Positions 59,840 through 64,000 of a stretch of DNA of 64,000 nt are shown piece after piece (within the stretch, counting starts at the first letter, position 1; each line of letters begins with the position of its first letter). The stretch spans positions 79,920-143,919 of the forward strand of contig JAYFNY010000001.1 in the NCBI GenBank assembly GCA_034933205.1, given 5' to 3'. Made by a program: the position numbers and the translations under genes. The DNA is from Eubacteriales bacterium (GTDB lineage Bacteria; Bacillota; Clostridia; Christensenellales; CAG-138). The notes under the pieces are model-generated. The model was not told the DNA's origin and searched no databases. It saw only the letters and a list, made by a program, of their open reading frames with translations.

Positions 59840-61258
59840 TCAATAGCCCAGCCGCCGGTCGATGATGCTTCCGTCGATGGCGTTGATGGTAAAGAGACTT
59901 CCTACGCCGCCGCGTTCGTCAATCTTGGCGTCGTTGTTCGAATCCAGTACATACGAACTCGTATCCTGGGATGCGTAATGATCGATCAAGTACCCGAAGC
60001 AATCCCACACCGGAAGTAGGACGTAGCCGTCGGCGGAGTCCGCCGCCTTCACGCGCATCATGCCGAGAACGATTCGTTCCATCACAAACGTACGATGCTG
60101 AACGCCTTCCCACAAAGGAAAATCCGGTACGTAGTATCGCAAAGTGTCCCGCACAATATCCTGCACCTGCTCAAACGGAAGCAAGGCGGTATTCTCGTTT
60201 ACGGTATTCCCCACGGCGGATGGATGAAGCCAATCGATAAAACGGACGTGATATCCTTCATCCAAATACACTTCGATCCATTCCGGTTCCCAAGAAACTC
60301 CATACTCGGATTGCTTCACGGCATTGATCGGTATGGCATAGGTTTCCGGAACTCCGCAATATGTCCTGGTAAACACGGCCGCCTCCCCGGTAGGGTCGCC
60401 CTGCACCTGCCGGATCCTATTGAAGTGAAATTCATCCGACAAGCCGATTCGCTGCATCAATGCCGTCGCAACTTCTTCAACCCGCGTATCGTCCAAGTCG
60501 TTATATGGGGAATATCTCTTGACCTGCGGTACAAAAGCGGCCTGGGCCACGTCATATGAGCCGCGGAAACCGGTCCGGAAAGCCGCCTCACGAGGATCGT
60601 TTTTCGGATCGCTCAAGGAGAGCTGATAGCTGGCACTTCCATCTTCGCTGTACACGATAACACTCCAAATATATTCTCCGCTTTGGTTGCGCATCTCTGC
60701 AAGGCTCAAAATAGGCGCGGACGGAGGCTTATCCGGCGCAGCATTGTACAGATCGGTCAGGGACTCTATCTCCCGCTGCAATTGTTTGACGTAAGCGGCT
60801 TTTTGCTCCTCAGAGAAGTCCGTGAGATTGGTGTCCACGTTTTTTATGCCGTTTTGCCGCATGTTGATCTCATCCTGATAGCTGGCTTTCGTCATAACTT
60901 TCGTATCTTCTATGCACATCGTGCCGTTGGGCACAATTTGCTGCACAATCGAATCCAGCACAGGATAATTGAAATAGGTGGGTTTCACTTCAATGACCGG
61001 ATATTTTGAAACGTTCGGAACCTCGATGGTTGCATCGATACGATAAGTGGTATCGCCGTTTTCAATCGTTTCCGACCAGGCGGCCGGAGCATCGTATGCG
61101 GCGGTATCGGCCGGTTCGCTCTCACTTTGCCAATCCGCCTCTCCTTTATTGACCACGATATCCTCGGATGGCGTCGGCTGGCAGGCCGCAAGCGCAAAAG
61201 CGGCTGCGAGGAGTAAACCAACAAAGACGAACAGATGAAGGGCATGTTTTGGATTCAT
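59840..61258 (-). CDS. Uncharacterised lipoprotein, family member C2
   Basis: MNPKHALHLFVFVGLLLAAAFALAAC (lipobox LAAC). C-terminus ...YVLLPVWDCFGYL...LFTINAIDGSIIDRRLGY. Confidence 0.85.
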   Translation of the reverse strand: MNPKHALHLFVFVGLLLAAAFALAACQPTPSEDIVVNKGEADWQSESEPADTAAYDAPAAWSETIENGDTTYRIDATIEVPNVSKYPVIEVKPTYFNYPVLDSIVQQIVPNGTMCIEDTKVMTKASYQDEINMRQNGIKNVDTNLTDFSEEQKAAYVKQLQREIESLTDLYNAAPDKPPSAPILSLAEMRNQSGEYIWSVIVYSEDGSASYQLSLSDPKNDPREAAFRTGFRGSYDVAQAAFVPQVKRYSPYNDLDDTRVEEVATALMQRIGLSDEFHFNRIRQVQGDPTGEAAVFTRTYCGVPETYAIPINAVKQSEYGVSWEPEWIEVYLDEGYHVRFIDWLHPSAVGNTVNENTALLPFEQVQDIVRDTLRYYVPDFPLWEGVQHRTFVMERIVLGMMRVKAADSADGYVLLPVWDCFGYLIDHYASQDTSSYVLDSNNDAKIDERGGVGSLFTINAIDGSIIDRRLGY

Positions 61259-61286
61259 TGGTTTCCTTTCATATGCCGGGACAGGC
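61170..61286. repeat. 117-bp segment identical to 62691-62807 (5' end + RBS region of C2)
   Basis: Base-for-base identity read from the sequence. Covers 28 nt upstream of the ATG plus the first about 30 codons (the signal peptide). Confidence 0.95.
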
Positions 61287-61342
61287 GTTGCCTTGCCCTG
61301 AAAAGCGGCGTCAATTCGGGATGGAGCCATCCTGTGGGTGCC

Positions 61343-62779
61343 TTAGTATCCGAGCGCTCGGTTCAGAATGCTTCCGTCGATCGCGTTGATCGTGAGTATG
61401 CCGGCGGTTTGATTCATATCATCTGTGATAAGTTCGTTGTTCGCGTTCAGCAGGTATCCTCCGGCGTCTTCTGCCGAAGCATACCGGTCGATCGTATATC
61501 CAAACAAATCCCAAACAGGAACCACAAGGTATGAACTTTGCGTGTTCAATTCCCTGATACACATGAGCCCTAGTTGAACTTTGGTTACAACAACCGTTCT
61601 TTCATCAATTCCTGCCCAGCGCGTTTCCATGGGCGCGACAAACGAGAGATTCCTGCGGCAGATTTCCTGGATCTGTTCAAACGAAATCAGCGCAACGTTA
61701 TCATTCCTGACGCCTACCTGTTCCGAAGGGGATTTCCAAATGACCTGCCTGATACCATCGTTCTCAACCTGCACACATACGTACTCCGCTCCCCAGGCTT
61801 TCGCATATTCCTCGGGATTCGCCGTATTGAGGGAAAAATCCGTATTGCAGTTTGCGTAAGTTATCGGAATCCCGTTGTACTGCTTTGTAAATAGGACGTC
61901 AACGCATCCTGCCATTTGATTCTTATAGATGCAATTGTACTGGTATTCCCCAAGACCGATTCGGGCAACCAAGGTTTCAGCCATACGTTTTGCGTCGTCG
62001 AAATTTCGGTTTGTATCTCCGCTGGTATCCCATGTTCCGATCTCGCTCGTGTCTGTGTTATAAGGGCCTAAAGTGGAACGGAACCAGCAGGTTGCAAGAG
62101 GGGTATCCCGGTCGGTATCGGGGGCGGCGTTAAAATGGAGACGCGCAAATGGAGAATCTGTTACAGGGTCTGTCGCAAGGATATCCGTAATCCAGTTCTG
62201 CCCGGTTGCATCTTCGATCCGCGTTAATTTCCTCTGTATATTACTATCCGGTGCGCCGGCATACTGCTCCTGCAGCTCCTGCATTTCCTCGTTTCGATCC
62301 TGAAGATACGCTTGGATCTCTTCGCTTGTCATATTCGGATAGTTCACTTGAACGGATTCCATCTGTTCTGAAATTACGTCCATTGCTTCTTGTATTTGGT
62401 TTTTCGTCATGTAAGAGGAATCAATCTCAAGATACAAATTGAAATTTTGCTGGAATATTTGAAAGAACGCGGAGAAGACGCGCATGTCAAAATCAGACGG
62501 CCGGATCTGCAAGACCGGGTATGCCGTTGCGTCCGGCAATACCACCGCGGCGTCAAACCGGTAGGTCGTATCGCCGTTGCTTATTTCTTCTTTCCAAATA
62601 GAAGGAGCTTCATATTGTGCAGTGGATGGATTTTTGTCAACAGCGTCTTGCAAAGCGCCTTCGCTTTTATTGATAATCAAATCGTCTTTGGGCGTCGGCT
62701 GGCAGGCCGCAAGCGCAAAAGCGGCTGCGAGGAGTAAACCAACAAAGACGAACAGATGAAGGGCATGTTTTGGATTCAT
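61343..62779 (-). CDS. Uncharacterised lipoprotein, family member C3
   Basis: Same signal peptide as C2. C-terminus ...YLVVPVWDLFGYT...ILTINAIDGSILNRALGY. Confidence 0.85.
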   Translation of the reverse strand: MNPKHALHLFVFVGLLLAAAFALAACQPTPKDDLIINKSEGALQDAVDKNPSTAQYEAPSIWKEEISNGDTTYRFDAAVVLPDATAYPVLQIRPSDFDMRVFSAFFQIFQQNFNLYLEIDSSYMTKNQIQEAMDVISEQMESVQVNYPNMTSEEIQAYLQDRNEEMQELQEQYAGAPDSNIQRKLTRIEDATGQNWITDILATDPVTDSPFARLHFNAAPDTDRDTPLATCWFRSTLGPYNTDTSEIGTWDTSGDTNRNFDDAKRMAETLVARIGLGEYQYNCIYKNQMAGCVDVLFTKQYNGIPITYANCNTDFSLNTANPEEYAKAWGAEYVCVQVENDGIRQVIWKSPSEQVGVRNDNVALISFEQIQEICRRNLSFVAPMETRWAGIDERTVVVTKVQLGLMCIRELNTQSSYLVVPVWDLFGYTIDRYASAEDAGGYLLNANNELITDDMNQTAGILTINAIDGSILNRALGY

Positions 62780-62807
62780 TGGTTTCCTTTCATATGCCGG
62801 GACAGGC
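62691..62807. repeat. 117-bp segment identical to 61170-61286 (5' end + RBS region of C3)
   Basis: See the partner copy. The offset is exactly 1521 bp. Confidence 0.95.
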
Positions 62808-62900
62808 ATTTCCTTGTCCTTGTAAGCAGTTTAATTTATGATGACGCCACCCGCTCGTTGTTTGCGGGGACCTTTCGCAATCAATGGTTTTCGGTTTGGG

Positions 62901-64000
62901 TTAGGAGAGGATACTGCCATTAGCAGCGTTGACGGACAGATGGCAGATGTCCTCTCTTCCATCGTAGAATTCTTCCGTGGTGCCATCCTCATATTTACAG
63001 AGTATTCCGCCATAGAAATCCCAAGCCGGGACAATCAAAAATGCTCCGGCCTCATCGCGCATGGGGGTTATTGTGTACTCGAGGACGATTCGATCCACAT
63101 GAACTTCGGTTTGATACGAAATATTCTCGTTCCAGGCATATTTGTTTTTTAGCTGTTGTCTCGCGATTTCCATGATATTTTGGAAATCCATCATCTCTGT
63201 CTGTTCGGGCGATGCGGCAAGGATACCTTTATTGTTCCACTCGATTGCCGAGATTCCCTGATCGTCAAACTTTATTCTGAGCTCATCGCCGGGCCATGCT
63301 GCTGCAAGGTCCTGCTTCGTACCGGAAAAATCGAGTATCTGCGGTTTTGCAACGGCTGAACCATGCAAGCCCGGACGATAGATCGCGATATATCCCTGCG
63401 CGGTCTGATCCTCGGTCATGCCTGTCCGGACGTCGAACAATTCCAGGTTCGACAGATTCAGCTCCTGCTTATAGGCAAGCGCTTTTTCTTTCGCCATTTC
63501 CAGGGTCAGCGCTTGTCCGGCGGCATCTTTCCCGGAAAGAAACTTACTCGATAAAAAGATCTTGTCGTAATTAAGGTACAGCACGAGAAAATTCCGAAGA
63601 CTTCCGTCCCGAAAATTGACAACGTCCAGACTGGATGCCTCGTGAAAACCCAGGTCTGCCGTGACATAGAGCGATTCGTTCTTCGACTCCGAATCGATCG
63701 CGAGCAATGCCGACGCAGGCTCTCCCGATAGCTGCTCGGGTGCCGTTGGATATTGCTCCTGCAATTGCTTTTGCGCATATTCCATGCCGGAAATATCGTC
63801 TTCCGTCAAGTCTTCGGGGTGTGACAGGTACTCCTTGATTTTTTCTATTTCAGTGGCTATCTGCTCCTTCGTTTTCTCCGCGGAAGCCTTGTACAGCCGC
63901 TTTTCCGGGAAGAATGTTGAAATCATAAAATCAACGTCGGATTGCGAGAAGACGTCGGGCAGGACTTTTTGGATGAAAGCGCCATCGGTAATTCGTGACA
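62901..64000 (-). CDS. Uncharacterised lipoprotein family member C4, N-terminus outside the window
   Basis: The frame stays open from 63926 to the window edge (...TDGAFIQKVLPDVFSQSDVDFMISTFF...), matching the family FSQ(D/E)xV block. C-terminus ...FLIVPAWDFYGGI...HLSVNAANGSILS. Confidence 0.8.
   Translation of the reverse strand, partial: SRITDGAFIQKVLPDVFSQSDVDFMISTFFPEKRLYKASAEKTKEQIATEIEKIKEYLSHPEDLTEDDISGMEYAQKQLQEQYPTAPEQLSGEPASALLAIDSESKNESLYVTADLGFHEASSLDVVNFRDGSLRNFLVLYLNYDKIFLSSKFLSGKDAAGQALTLEMAKEKALAYKQELNLSNLELFDVRTGMTEDQTAQGYIAIYRPGLHGSAVAKPQILDFSGTKQDLAAAWPGDELRIKFDDQGISAIEWNNKGILAASPEQTEMMDFQNIMEIARQQLKNKYAWNENISYQTEVHVDRIVLEYTITPMRDEAGAFLIVPAWDFYGGILCKYEDGTTEEFYDGREDICHLSVNAANGSILS

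Noticed and set aside
1-64000. Search for prophage, transposase/integrase genes, toxin-antitoxin pairs, defence-system signatures (e.g. nucleases, helicases, reverse transcriptases), tRNA/rRNA genes
   Set aside because: No ORF with such motifs and no cloverleaf or rRNA-like sequence was recognised by eye. The only mobile-like signals are the small inverted-repeat element at 42.4 kb and the local duplications. A tRNAscan/Rfam run would be needed for certainty.

Overview
GC-rich bacterial chromosomal segment with Gram-positive hallmarks: GGAGG-type RBSs, lipobox signal peptides and a B. subtilis-type SpeA. It is probably from a Clostridia-like anaerobe, but that is inference only. I count about 55 credible CDSs and recognise no rRNA, tRNA, CRISPR array, transposase or integrase. 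Layout: (i) 1-5.8 kb polyamine operon speA-speE-CASDH-nspC-aguA-aguB. (ii) 5.84-6.05 kb 49-bp tandem repeat array. (iii) 6.1-13.2 kb LacI-controlled ABC sugar importer plus two cytoplasmic GH30 hydrolases. (iv) HAD hydrolase. (v) 14.3-28.2 kb AraC-controlled L-rhamnose cluster: rhaM, rhaA, ABC transporter, split rhaE-like / rhaB / rhaW-like genes, then a PHP phosphoesterase and an MDR dehydrogenase. (vi) 28.2-34.3 kb minus-strand synthase-type exopolysaccharide triad (TIM-barrel-like lipoprotein, membrane HEAT-repeat protein, processive GT2), preceded by a GH16 lipoprotein. (vii) 34.6-51.8 kb two mirror-image copies of a module [ECF sigma + anti-sigma] <-> [OmpR-type RR, HK, 2-3 paralogous lipoproteins]. 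(viii) 52-55.7 kb TetR-controlled operon. (ix) 55.8-64 kb minus-strand operon with at least four more copies of the same lipoprotein family followed by an ABC exporter. The most interesting signal is this nine-member uncharacterised lipoprotein family, which shares a C-terminal GLLVPVWxFYG...INAIDGSxID..GY module. Five members belong to the duplicated TCS/ECF modules, where a precisely conserved triple TTACA-type direct-repeat promoter precedes the RR-HK operons and lipoprotein genes. Three recombination scars lie in the family clusters, and a fourth lies at the rhaB/SDR junction.
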